Below are positions 9,701 to 18,174 of a stretch of 64,000 nt of DNA, in pieces. Each line of letters begins with the position of its first letter. The first letter of the stretch is position 1. A program made the position numbers and the translations under genes. The DNA is from an uncultured virus (IMG/VR IMGVR_UViG_3300044949_002487) (Duplodnaviria; Heunggongvirae; Uroviricota; Caudoviricetes): the IMG/VR virus record IMGVR_UViG_3300044949_002487; one strand, written 5' to 3'. The notes under the pieces were generated by a model, which did no database searches, was not told where the DNA came from, and saw only the letters and a program-made list of their open reading frames with translations.

Positions 9701-11131
9701 GCCAGCGGTATTAACACCGTCAGGACAGGCACCAAAACGCACATCATGGCGCTGACCGACAAGGACGTCGATCAACTGGCCGGAGACCGCGAAATCAAGT
9801 CGAGCGATACGGTCGATTGGAAGGGGCGGCTCAAGCCGATCGGCGGCGGCCTTTTTGACGAAAGCCTGACTGGCGGCCACGGCGGTAACCGCTGGGCAAA
9901 GATATCTTTGCACGAGCCGATGCCGAACCCGGTCATGGAAGAGCCGATTCGCCGTGTCCTGGGCCTTACAGAAAAGCAGTTCCGCGGCGTGTTGGCCGGG
10001 CAGGTGCAGCTGTTCGACAAGTCTGGTCCTGGCGCCATCAAGGAGGCACTCGGCCGGATTAATCTCCCCAAGGCCATCGAGCAGTGCCGCGAAGATATTA
10101 AGAGCGGCCGGAAAACGCTTCGCGATGCCGCCGTACGCAAGCTGGGTTTTCTCAAGGCCGCCGATAGCCAGGGTATTCATCCCCAAGAGTGGATGCTTAC
10201 CAAGATGCCCGTCCTGCCGCCGCTGTTTCGCCCGGTTTCGACGATGGGAAACAAAAAGCTCCCGCTCGTGGCTGACGCAAATTACCTATACAAAGAGCTG
10301 ATCGACTCAAACGGCGCGCTTAAAGAAGCGTCTGGCGCCCTGGCGGAGTATGGCGACGAGCGCCTGGGTTTGTACGACGCCATGAAGGCTGTCTCTGGCC
10401 TGGGCGATCCGACGCAGCCCAAGAATCAGGAACGCCAGGTTAAGGGCTTCCTGAAGCACATCTTCGGCTCCAGCCCCAAGTACGGCACGGTCCAGCGCAA
10501 GCTTCTGGGCACGACTGTGGATCTCGTCGGCCGCGCGGTGATTACGCCTAACCCGGACCTCGACATGGACGAGGTTGCCCTTCCAGAAGACAAGGCCTGG
10601 GAGGTTTACAAGCCGTTTGTGGTGCGGGGCCTGGTGCGCCGCGGCCTGCCCCGTATGCAGGCGCTACAGCACGTCGAGGACCGTAACAAAGAGGCGCACG
10701 CCGAGCTGGAACGACAAATGTCGTCGCGGCCCATCGTGATCAACCGTGCGCCGGTGCTCCACCGATACGGTATGATGGCGTTCTACCCGAAGCTCACCAA
10801 AAATAAAGTTATGGAGGTTAACCCGGTCATCACCAAGGGTTTCAACGCCGACTTCGACGGGGACGCGATGCAATATCACGTTCCCAGCACGGATGACGCA
10901 GCGAAGGAAGCCGTCGAAAAGATGCTGCCTTCGAAAAACCTGTTTGCGGCGGCCAGCTTCAAAGCGCACTACATTCCCCAAGCTGAGTTCCAGTCGGGGA
11001 TCTACCTGGCCTCGAGCCGGGTCGACAAGCGCGCTAAACCTCGGGTATACAAGACGCACAAGGACGCAATTAACGCTTATCGCCGCGGTGAAATCGAAGT
11101 CGACACCCCGGTGCATATCGTCGAAAGTTAA
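6761..11131 (+). CDS. rpoBC: DNA-directed RNA polymerase: beta subunit fused to the N-terminal half of beta' (includes catalytic NADFDGD)
   Basis: Beta motifs RTPESGKAG, GSRMFTQALPL, YEDAVVISES, GDKLTGRFGDKGVVS, SPLGLISRVN, FMKLHH. Beta' motifs WMLTKMPVLPPLFRP, LLGTTVDLVGRAVI, NRAPVLHR, NADFDGD (10844-10864). Confidence 0.96.
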   Translation: MPDSILGQTPPQQRAFGDINALRSSIFDRAMQSASSIEPIKNDLYTLQLGDVKYTGAERFNKRDQKRAILTGNSLHRRLTGTWNLIDNATGQPIASRQQTIAHVPYLTDSGTFVNRGVEYTLAHQMRLKAGVYTREKDNGELEAHVNVLPGKGRMHRYFLDPKTGVMKINIGQAQIPLMPLLKALGAKDADIRGAWGNEITAVNMEKGDAGTLDKLYQRLVYKQTPGLDAAAKQQAIAAEFARMELDPDVTRRTLGKEYKNLTPDAILDITKKLIAVNRKESDPDDRDSMAYQSVVGPEDLIAERFSKDKQSLRKLLWKATAKKSLDHVPTGFFNKSITAALIGSGLGSSLEEINPAEIFDHQNRVTRMGEGGIGSLDAVPVESRAVQPSHLGYIDFLRTPESGKAGVDMRFARGAVKGADGKIYTPVRNMQTGEQEYKTPGELAEMPVAFPGEEKTNLPMVAALVSGKMKYMPREEVQYSLPHMDNTFSALSNMLPLKSMIKGQRAIMGSRMFTQALPLNDAESPFVQSAVVDKDGISHEDEMGERLGAVKAQFHGQVVSVSPDEIVLRDKDGNKSTVDLYNDHPFNRKTFWHQTPAVQPGETIKPGQLLAHSNFTDKQGSAALGKNLRVGYLPFKGRVYEDAVVISESAAKKLTSQHMYQHEAEWTDNTHVGKKAFMSLFPTEYDKKTLENFDDKGAIQKGAVVNFGDPLVLQAKAKETTYGKVHRGRAGNFSNETITWDHHSPGIVTDVEHTDKGVSVVVKSTAEMQVGDKLTGRFGDKGVVSEIVPDHQMPHDKDGNPMEVLVSPLGLISRVNASQVIEAALGKVAAKTGQPFKMKDFDDEKDIVEFAQNELGKHGLSDTEDVIDPETGRKIKGVLTGHRFFMKLHHTSESKGQGRAMGSYTAEGTPAKGGSEGAKRVGMLDLGALLSHGAGKVIRDAKMVRGQANPEYWSQFMSGYTPPLPKVPHVYEKFVDQLRASGINTVRTGTKTHIMALTDKDVDQLAGDREIKSSDTVDWKGRLKPIGGGLFDESLTGGHGGNRWAKISLHEPMPNPVMEEPIRRVLGLTEKQFRGVLAGQVQLFDKSGPGAIKEALGRINLPKAIEQCREDIKSGRKTLRDAAVRKLGFLKAADSQGIHPQEWMLTKMPVLPPLFRPVSTMGNKKLPLVADANYLYKELIDSNGALKEASGALAEYGDERLGLYDAMKAVSGLGDPTQPKNQERQVKGFLKHIFGSSPKYGTVQRKLLGTTVDLVGRAVITPNPDLDMDEVALPEDKAWEVYKPFVVRGLVRRGLPRMQALQHVEDRNKEAHAELERQMSSRPIVINRAPVLHRYGMMAFYPKLTKNKVMEVNPVITKGFNADFDGDAMQYHVPSTDDAAKEAVEKMLPSKNLFAAASFKAHYIPQAEFQSGIYLASSRVDKRAKPRVYKTHKDAINAYRRGEIEVDTPVHIVES
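9896..9911. repeat. Dispersed palindrome AWAGATATCTWT (representative of at least 13 copies)
   Basis: GCAAAGATATCTTTGC here and identically at 18562-18577; see findings. Confidence 0.8.
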
Positions 11132-11144
11132 CACGGAGGTTTCC

Positions 11145-11882
11145 ATGAGTTTCACGGTCAATCCCGAGCTGCTGAAGATGGCTCGCCACGCATTTGAGAA
11201 GGTCTCGGTCGTGCCGTCGGAAGCCGCCATGATGATGGCGCAGGGTGGCGCGCCCCCGATGGGCGGCGAAGCTCCGGATCCCTCACAGCTCGGCGTGCAG
11301 GGCGCTGCGCAGCCGGTCGACCCGGCCACGGCGGCTATGGGCGCCGCGCCGATGGACCCCTCGCAGGACCCGACTGGCGCTGCTGCCGCTGCTGCCGCTC
11401 CGGCCGCTGCTCCGGCCCCGATGCCCCCGGCCACGCCCCAGGGCGCCGCGCCGGGTCAGCAGAAGCTCAAGCCCGAGCAGATGATGCAGATGCTCGACTA
11501 CCGGCTTTACAACATGCAGCAGCAGCTCACCGCGATCATGAACGCGATGGGCGTCCAGGTGCCGCCTGAGTCGCTCGTTCTGCCCCCAGGCACGACTGGC
11601 GCGCCTCCGGCTGAAACTGCGCTTCCCGGCGGCCCGATGGCACCGCCGCCGCAGGATCCCAACGCTCCGGCGGGTCCGCTGCCGCCAGGCGGCCCGATGC
11701 CTCCGGGCGGTCCGATGGACCCGAGCCAGCCCCCGATGGACCCCAATGCTGCCAAGCAGGCGAACTGGTGGGACAAGCCGGTGGCGAAGTTCGTCGATCA
11801 GAACCCGAACACGCCTACTGAGACCCAGCTCAAAGCTGCCGCGGTCGCCGCACTGTTGAGGAGCGTGGAGCGTGCTCGTTAA
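11145..11882 (+). CDS. Pro/Ala/Gly/Met-rich low-complexity protein with a central helical segment
   Basis: GGAGG RBS; disordered-type composition; helix KLKPEQMMQMLDYRLYNMQQQLTAIMNAMG. Confidence 0.75.
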   Translation: MSFTVNPELLKMARHAFEKVSVVPSEAAMMMAQGGAPPMGGEAPDPSQLGVQGAAQPVDPATAAMGAAPMDPSQDPTGAAAAAAAPAAAPAPMPPATPQGAAPGQQKLKPEQMMQMLDYRLYNMQQQLTAIMNAMGVQVPPESLVLPPGTTGAPPAETALPGGPMAPPPQDPNAPAGPLPPGGPMPPGGPMDPSQPPMDPNAAKQANWWDKPVAKFVDQNPNTPTETQLKAAAVAALLRSVERAR

Positions 11883-12111
11883 GCTGCAACAAAATCTGCA
11901 GCCACACGTGCAGAAAGCGCACAGTGTCGTCATTGAAGACGACCTGGGTAATCCAATTTACGTGGCGGTGCAGCACGAAGACCACATTATCTGCGCGCAC
12001 GCAGGGGAAGACGATTTCCACAGCCTGCTGCGCGCACTGGGCATCGACAAGACGGTAATCGTTAACGACATCGCGGCGAAACCAATCGACAAGATGCTAT
12101 GGAAGCCCTGA
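11872..12111 (+). CDS. Small hypothetical protein between the RNAP genes
   Basis: GAGGAG RBS and GTG start; abuts the next ATG. Confidence 0.7.
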   Translation: MLVKLQQNLQPHVQKAHSVVIEDDLGNPIYVAVQHEDHIICAHAGEDDFHSLLRALGIDKTVIVNDIAAKPIDKMLWKP

Positions 12112-12112
12112 G

Positions 12113-13993
12113 ATGCTCCGAACGACACTCGGCCAAATCCTGATCAATAACGCGCTGCCGGAAGACATGCGCGACTACAACCGTGTCCTCACGAAGAAGG
12201 ACATGGGCAATCTGGCGACGCAGTTGGCCGAAAAGCACCCCGACAGCTATCGGGAGATTATGAAGAATCTCCACGACGTGGCCCGTGATACGGCTTATTC
12301 GTCGGGCGGTCTTTCGTTCGGCCTGAAGGACATCAAGCAGACGGTGGCGGCTAAAGAAGCGCAGCACCGCGTGCAGGCGCAACTCCGCGGAATTCTGGCT
12401 GACCGGTCGCTCGACGAGAAGTCGCGCAATTTGAAACTCCTCCAGCTCGCGTCGACGGCGCAGAAGGACCTTGTCGAAAAGGTTTACGAGGAAGCCAAGG
12501 CAACAGACAACCCGCTGGCGCACCAAGTTCACGGCGTCAGCCGAGGTAACAAATTTTCACTGAACTCGCTCATCGGCGCCGACCTCCAGTACGTCGACCA
12601 CAAGAACGAGCCAATCCCGATTCCCGTGCTGCGCGGGTACGGCCAGGGGCTCCGACCCGTTGAATACTTTGCGGGCGCCTTCGGCGCCCGCAAGGGTGTG
12701 CTTGACCTGAAAACGGCCACGGCGGATGCGGGGTTCTTCGGCAAACAGCTCAGCCAGATGACGCACCGCTTGCTCGTCACCGCCGACGATGACGACGACC
12801 AGGAGCGCAACGCCACCGCGCACGACCGCGGCTATCCCACCGACGTCGACGACATGGACAACGAGGGCGCCCTGCTCGCCCGGCCCGTGGGTCCGTACAA
12901 GCGAAACACTGTTCTGACGCCAAAGATTTTGAAAGATATCAAAGGAATGGGCGTCCAGGACATTCTGGTGCGCAGCCCTATGATCGGCGGTCCGGACGAC
13001 GGCGGCGTCTACGCCAAGGACGTCGGGTACCGCGAGAAAGGCAAGCTGCCGCCGCTCGGCGACTATGTCGGCATCGCCGCGGCACAAGCGCTGTCTGAGC
13101 CCGTGACGCAGGCGCAGATCAGTTCAAAGCACTCTGGCGGCGTCGGCGGCGCCAGCGCCATCGGCGGCTTTAAAGCGATCAACGCGCTGGTGCAGGTCCC
13201 GAAGAAGTATCCGAACGGCGCTACGCACGCCCAAATCGACGGGCATGTTCAGGAAATCAAAGAGGCGCCCCAGGGCGGCTACTACGTTCGCGTTGGCGGC
13301 CAGGACCATTACGTTCCCGTGGATCGCGAGATTGCGGTGAAAAGGGGCCAAGAGATCGAGGCTGGCGACTCGCTGACCGACGGCATGCCCAACCCGGCCG
13401 AGATTGTGCGCCACAAGGGAATTGGCGAGGGGCGCCGGTACTTTGTGCAGGCGATGCGCCAGGTGCTGCAAAACTCCAATGTTACCGGTCACCGCCGCAA
13501 TATTGAGCTGCTCGCCCGCGGACTCGTTAACCACGTCCGCATGACCGACGAGCACGGCGACTACAACCCGGACGATATCGTGCCTTACTCGATGATCGAG
13601 CGCACGTGGCAGCCCCGCGCGGGCAGCGTGACCGGCGTGCCCAAGAGCCTCCAGGGCCACTACCTGGAGCGCCCGGTGCTGCATTATTCGGTCGGCACGA
13701 AGCTCGGCAAGAACGTTGTTAACACGATGCAAAAATACGGCATCAACAACATCGAGGCGCACCGCGAACCGCCGCCGTTCCAGCCGGAAATGGTCCGCGG
13801 AATGGCAAATATATCGAACGACCCGGACTGGATGACCCGTATGCTGGGGTCTTACCAAGAACGGGGCCTACTTAGCAGCGTGCACCGCGGTTCTGCGAGC
13901 GATACTGCAGGCAGCAGTTTCGTTCCTTCGCTGGCCCGCGGCGAAACGTTCGGCGTCACCGGCGCCACGAGCGGATGGCGCCCGCAAACGTGA
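12113..13993 (+). CDS. rpoC: DNA-directed RNA polymerase beta' C-terminal half
   Basis: TTLGQIL start; bridge helix EYFAGAFGARKGVLDLKTATADAGF; trigger loop GIAAAQALSEPVTQAQISSKHSGG; HRRNIELLARGL. Confidence 0.93.
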   Translation: MLRTTLGQILINNALPEDMRDYNRVLTKKDMGNLATQLAEKHPDSYREIMKNLHDVARDTAYSSGGLSFGLKDIKQTVAAKEAQHRVQAQLRGILADRSLDEKSRNLKLLQLASTAQKDLVEKVYEEAKATDNPLAHQVHGVSRGNKFSLNSLIGADLQYVDHKNEPIPIPVLRGYGQGLRPVEYFAGAFGARKGVLDLKTATADAGFFGKQLSQMTHRLLVTADDDDDQERNATAHDRGYPTDVDDMDNEGALLARPVGPYKRNTVLTPKILKDIKGMGVQDILVRSPMIGGPDDGGVYAKDVGYREKGKLPPLGDYVGIAAAQALSEPVTQAQISSKHSGGVGGASAIGGFKAINALVQVPKKYPNGATHAQIDGHVQEIKEAPQGGYYVRVGGQDHYVPVDREIAVKRGQEIEAGDSLTDGMPNPAEIVRHKGIGEGRRYFVQAMRQVLQNSNVTGHRRNIELLARGLVNHVRMTDEHGDYNPDDIVPYSMIERTWQPRAGSVTGVPKSLQGHYLERPVLHYSVGTKLGKNVVNTMQKYGINNIEAHREPPPFQPEMVRGMANISNDPDWMTRMLGSYQERGLLSSVHRGSASDTAGSSFVPSLARGETFGVTGATSGWRPQT

Positions 13994-14074
13994 TTCTGTA
14001 GGATGTAAGAGCTGCGACACGGTAAATTGTTGCTTACACGTGTCTTAGAATTGTGCCGCACGGAGGTGGCTACT

Positions 14075-16450
14075 GTGTACAACCGAAAGAAGACTGCGTC
14101 GTCGACGGCCCATTGGCTCCAGGTAGTCCGGTCGCACGACCGAACCCAGACCAAGCAGGCCGATTTCGGCGGCAAGGGCGACTCGGCCTCCTTTGAGCAG
14201 GCCTTTAGCAACCTGGCGCACGCCTACCTCCGTGATTCTGCGCCGAAGCTCCTCGACCACGAGATTGGCTTCCAGCTTCTCGATCGGGACCGCGAGAACA
14301 CCAAGGCCATCGGCGTTTTCGCCTTTAAGGTGGGCTCTAACTGGCTTTACGCCCCGGTGTTCTTCCTGAACGGCGACCTCAAGGGTCACGAACTCCTGTA
14401 CATCAAAAACCAGGACATGTTCGTGCCGCTCAAGGAAAACTGGATTAATTACCTCGTCAACCGCAAGCCCAACATCCTGGGCTCCGGCGTCGAGCGCAAC
14501 ATCTCCCAGCTCGGCCAGCGGCAGCCTGACTTTACGCAGCTCTCCCGCAGCCCGGCAAAGTTTGGCTCGGCGCGCCCGACGCTCAAGGAAATGATGACGG
14601 CGGTTATGCCCGCGCTTGCCAAGACCGCCACGCTGAACACGACGCTGGCGTTTCAGGAAATCGGTCGGGCGCTCGATCTGCCGAAGTTTCTTAAGGAAGC
14701 GCGACTCACCACGATCGACATGCTCGTTAAGACGTTTCAGGATGCTCCGGCCCTGGCCAAGGCGTTCGACGAGTTCCACGGCCTAGACGTGATTAAGGAA
14801 GCGGTCGCTGCCGCTAAGGACCGCGAAAACCGGCCGAAGATCGCCAGTGTGCTGTCGGAAGCGCCGGAAAAAAGCCCGGCTGTCGCCGGGCTCAAGGTTA
14901 TCACCTACTCGGTGACGATGCAGACGAAGCTGCCCCCTGAGACGACCGAGGAAGACCACGAGAAGCTTCTGCGCGACGGTGTGCTTATCCTCGACCAGCG
15001 CGACCGGGACAACGTCTCGATCCCCTACAACATCCAGGTCGAGAAGAAGCTCTGGAACCCGACCGAGTCGGGCCTCTACGACATCCTCGTCAAGCCGGGC
15101 AACATCGAGCGGGTTTACATCGCCATGTTCCCGATGGGCGCCGCAAAGCGCTCCGACTTCGTGACCGTGGTCAGGACCGAGGGCAAGCCCGAGTGGGTCA
15201 ACACCCGCGCCGACCAGGTGTTCGTGGTGGCCTGCCCCACGGACCAGGAAAAGGAAGAGTGGTTCAACGGCCTGCCCGAGGCGAACAGCCTGCCCTCGAG
15301 CGGCCGCTACATGCTCATCAGCAAGCGCGGCGACTCCACTGTCCCAGTCCGCGTGATCCGCGAGTACGGCGAGAGCGAGTACGGCACGACGAGCTACGAA
15401 GTCCACATGGAGGACCACTCAAAGTTCCCGCCGAAGGGGCACATCGGCCCGTGCGGCTACAGCGACCCGCTCAACTACGACAAGTGGCGCGACGGCGTGC
15501 GCATTCACCTCAACGGTAAGAAGGGCAGCCAGCTCCGCGCGAGCATGGGCGACGTCTTCGTGCCCGAGGGCTTTAAGCTCCTCAAATGCGCTCCCGGCGA
15601 GGATGACGAAGAGACGGCGGAGGACCAGGGCGCCTGCGGCTGCGGCGGTAGCGAGATGCCGCCGCTGATGCCTGGCAACCTGGCGGACGCCCAGCTCGAA
15701 CTCATGGGCAAGACGGCCAGCCTCGAGGTCTACCACAACGGCACCGAGGTCACGATTAACAAAGAAGCCGCCCGCACGCCGATCGCGGCGCTGGTGACGC
15801 TTGTCGAGCATCACGGCCTGCGCGAAGACGCCGCCCGTGAGATCCTCAAGCAAGCCGCGGCGAAGCGGAAGTTTGCCTGCCACGTGAAATACGCCAATCC
15901 GTACGGCGCGCCGATGATGGTCAACCAAGGCCCGACCGCCCCGACCGATCCGGGTCCGGTGTACGGCGGCGAAACGATCATGGGTGCCGACGTCCCGACG
16001 CAGATGGGCATCGACATTGGCATGCCGGTGGCGGACATGTCGGCCAGTCTCACGGATCGCCAGGTCTACAACCCGAACACGCGGCTCGACAAGCGGGACA
16101 TCCGCAGCGTGATGCAAGCCGCTGAATCTGGCCAGAAAGAAGTGTTCGACACGGCGATGATTGGCAGCATGTTGCGCGCCGTGCGTGATGACTCGCTGGT
16201 CGATCGCTATATGGGCGAGCTGACCACGGGCCTCGATAAGCTCGGCCGGATTCTGTTCATGTTCTACTGGCACGGCGATCGGTTCGCCGACCGTTACGGC
16301 AAGGCCGACATGCCGGAACTGGAAGACTCGCTGCGCAACTCCTTCGAAATGCTCGGCGACGTTATTCTGTTCCTAAAGCAGAAGACCATCGAGCCGTATC
16401 CGGAAGAGTCCGGTTCAGACGCTGATCTCTCCAACGTCGCAAGCTCATAA
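14075..16450 (+). CDS. Large hypothetical protein, KxA-rich, putative inner-head protein
   Basis: GGAGG RBS before GTG 14075; KTA/KQA/KEA/KIA/KYA motifs; strong coding bias. Confidence 0.75.
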   Translation: MYNRKKTASSTAHWLQVVRSHDRTQTKQADFGGKGDSASFEQAFSNLAHAYLRDSAPKLLDHEIGFQLLDRDRENTKAIGVFAFKVGSNWLYAPVFFLNGDLKGHELLYIKNQDMFVPLKENWINYLVNRKPNILGSGVERNISQLGQRQPDFTQLSRSPAKFGSARPTLKEMMTAVMPALAKTATLNTTLAFQEIGRALDLPKFLKEARLTTIDMLVKTFQDAPALAKAFDEFHGLDVIKEAVAAAKDRENRPKIASVLSEAPEKSPAVAGLKVITYSVTMQTKLPPETTEEDHEKLLRDGVLILDQRDRDNVSIPYNIQVEKKLWNPTESGLYDILVKPGNIERVYIAMFPMGAAKRSDFVTVVRTEGKPEWVNTRADQVFVVACPTDQEKEEWFNGLPEANSLPSSGRYMLISKRGDSTVPVRVIREYGESEYGTTSYEVHMEDHSKFPPKGHIGPCGYSDPLNYDKWRDGVRIHLNGKKGSQLRASMGDVFVPEGFKLLKCAPGEDDEETAEDQGACGCGGSEMPPLMPGNLADAQLELMGKTASLEVYHNGTEVTINKEAARTPIAALVTLVEHHGLREDAAREILKQAAAKRKFACHVKYANPYGAPMMVNQGPTAPTDPGPVYGGETIMGADVPTQMGIDIGMPVADMSASLTDRQVYNPNTRLDKRDIRSVMQAAESGQKEVFDTAMIGSMLRAVRDDSLVDRYMGELTTGLDKLGRILFMFYWHGDRFADRYGKADMPELEDSLRNSFEMLGDVILFLKQKTIEPYPEESGSDADLSNVASS

Positions 16451-16459
16451 GGGTGAATC

Positions 16460-16858
16460 ATGGGACACAGTACGATTTGGTCCGGCGAGACAGTGTTTGA
16501 AGCGACCAGCGGCGAAGAGACCGTCGTGGCGCTCAAGGTGCCCCATCGCGGCGTAATCCGCGGGTTTAGCCTGTCGCAGACCACTGGCGCTACGGCCGGG
16601 GCCGCGGCGGCAATTTACACGAGCAACCAGGAAACGACGCCCAACAGCGACTTGCCCGCTGAGGCGTTTCACATTCTTGATATCACGCTCACGGCGGCGG
16701 CCAAGGTTGACAACCACAACCTCAACGTGGCCTACGTGAATCGGGACGGTACGCCGACGAACCCGCAAAGATATCTTTACCTGAAGATCACCCCGGCTGG
16801 TTCGGGCGCGAAGAACTTTGTGTTCTCGATCACCGTCGAGACGCCCTCGCTGCGCTAA
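16460..16858 (+). CDS. Hypothetical beta-rich protein (possible virion protein)
   Basis: Operon-packed; Thr/Ala-rich. Confidence 0.7.
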   Translation: MGHSTIWSGETVFEATSGEETVVALKVPHRGVIRGFSLSQTTGATAGAAAAIYTSNQETTPNSDLPAEAFHILDITLTAAAKVDNHNLNVAYVNRDGTPTNPQRYLYLKITPAGSGAKNFVFSITVETPSLR

Positions 16859-17787
16859 TGCTTCAAGCACTCCGCGATAATCCGCGCCGCTCGCCGAACT
16901 GGCGTTGGTTGCGGGCCGTGCAAATCGATACCGGCGGGCCGCGGGCGACCAGAGCCATGGACGGCGAGGCTGGCTTTGCGTGGATCCGCCGGGCGTCGAG
17001 GATGAAGCGTCGGTACGAAAAGGCGGGCAACCGCGCCGACGCCCTGTACCGCCTGATCCAATACGACCGGGATATGTTCTGGGCGCACTCGATGTGGCTC
17101 GATGAGAAGAGCCCGATGCGCTGGGCCATTGAGGCCTGCGTCCTGGCAGGCATGACCAGCCAGCAAATCGCCGCGAAGATCGGCACAAACGCCGAGATTA
17201 TCGAGGCGTATGAAAACGTGTTCTTCGACGTTCGGGACCGGCTCAACGACAAGCTGTACGTGGTAAACGTGGTCATGGCCGACGCCGTGACCCGCGGTGT
17301 TTCGGAGCGCCAGTACGACCTGCTCTGGAAGCTTTTTGGCTATCAGGGCGGGCCCCACGTGCTGGAGTCGGTGATTTCGAAGTGCAGCCCGATCGCCAAG
17401 CCTGACAAGCCCGAGGATGTCGGCCAGTTCTTCCAGGACTTCGCCGTAAACACGGTGAAACACAAAGCGGCCGTGGCTACCCTCACGGTGCCGATTAACA
17501 CGCATACCCAGCTGGCGATCATCGACAGCTTTGTCCAGTACGTCCAGATCGAAAAGAACAGCGAAAACGCCGGTAAGGCCCAGTCCACGATCGTCGAGAA
17601 CATCGGCGCCATGCTGGGCGCCCTGCCGTTCAGAATTGGGACAAAACTGGAATCCGTAGCCGAGAAAATGTTACCTTACGATGACGGCGCGGCAGAATTG
17701 CGCAATGACGAACTCATGATCGTCGCTGCGGGCGGTAAACTAACCGACCAGAAATTGATTCAAGATCTCCAATTTCCGAAAGAGTAA
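16858..17787 (+). CDS. Hypothetical protein with possible HTH
   Basis: AGMTSQQIAAKIGTNAEIIEAYE resembles an HTH. Confidence 0.6.
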   Translation: MLQALRDNPRRSPNWRWLRAVQIDTGGPRATRAMDGEAGFAWIRRASRMKRRYEKAGNRADALYRLIQYDRDMFWAHSMWLDEKSPMRWAIEACVLAGMTSQQIAAKIGTNAEIIEAYENVFFDVRDRLNDKLYVVNVVMADAVTRGVSERQYDLLWKLFGYQGGPHVLESVISKCSPIAKPDKPEDVGQFFQDFAVNTVKHKAAVATLTVPINTHTQLAIIDSFVQYVQIEKNSENAGKAQSTIVENIGAMLGALPFRIGTKLESVAEKMLPYDDGAAELRNDELMIVAAGGKLTDQKLIQDLQFPKE

Positions 17788-17790
17788 ATC

Positions 17791-18153
17791 ATGACGCCTT
17801 TTGAATTTGGTCACATTGTCGGCAGCCTTTCTGAAAAAGAAGCGCACATATTGAGCGGCCCGCTCTCGGCCGTCTCAAAAGGGATTCAAAATTTCGGTAA
17901 AGGTATGATTAGCCGCGGCAATACTGCGCTTGTTCAGAGCGGCGCGCCGTGGATGCTTGGCCGCGGCGCCTTGCGGCAATCTGGAATGGGAATGGCCGCT
18001 GACGCGCTGCGCAACCCGCTGAACATGACGCGATTGACCGATGTCGGCAAATACTATGGCAATTTTTCTAGACAAGCTCTTGGCGGCAATGTGCAGCGCA
18101 ACATCGGGCGCGCTATGACGGGTTTTGGTATGCAGCTTGGCAAAATGGTGTAG
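17791..18153 (+). CDS. Small Gly-rich basic protein with PFEFG…EKEA leader
   Basis: Operon-packed; N-terminal motif resembles the FKLGF…EKAA leader of 5227. Confidence 0.6.
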   Translation: MTPFEFGHIVGSLSEKEAHILSGPLSAVSKGIQNFGKGMISRGNTALVQSGAPWMLGRGALRQSGMGMAADALRNPLNMTRLTDVGKYYGNFSRQALGGNVQRNIGRAMTGFGMQLGKMV

Positions 18154-18174
18154 CAAACCTACGAGGAGGCACAA

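Noticed and set aside
11131..12113. Intron or intein interrupting beta'
   Set aside because: The interval holds two ordinary ORFs with RBSs, there are no homing endonuclease, splice or intein motifs, and the downstream half has its own ATG.
6761..13993. Cellular rpoBC operon (host chromosome or contamination)
   Set aside because: There are no flanking ribosomal protein genes, the subunits are strongly reduced and divergent, and they are embedded among phage head genes with the same motifs and codon style.
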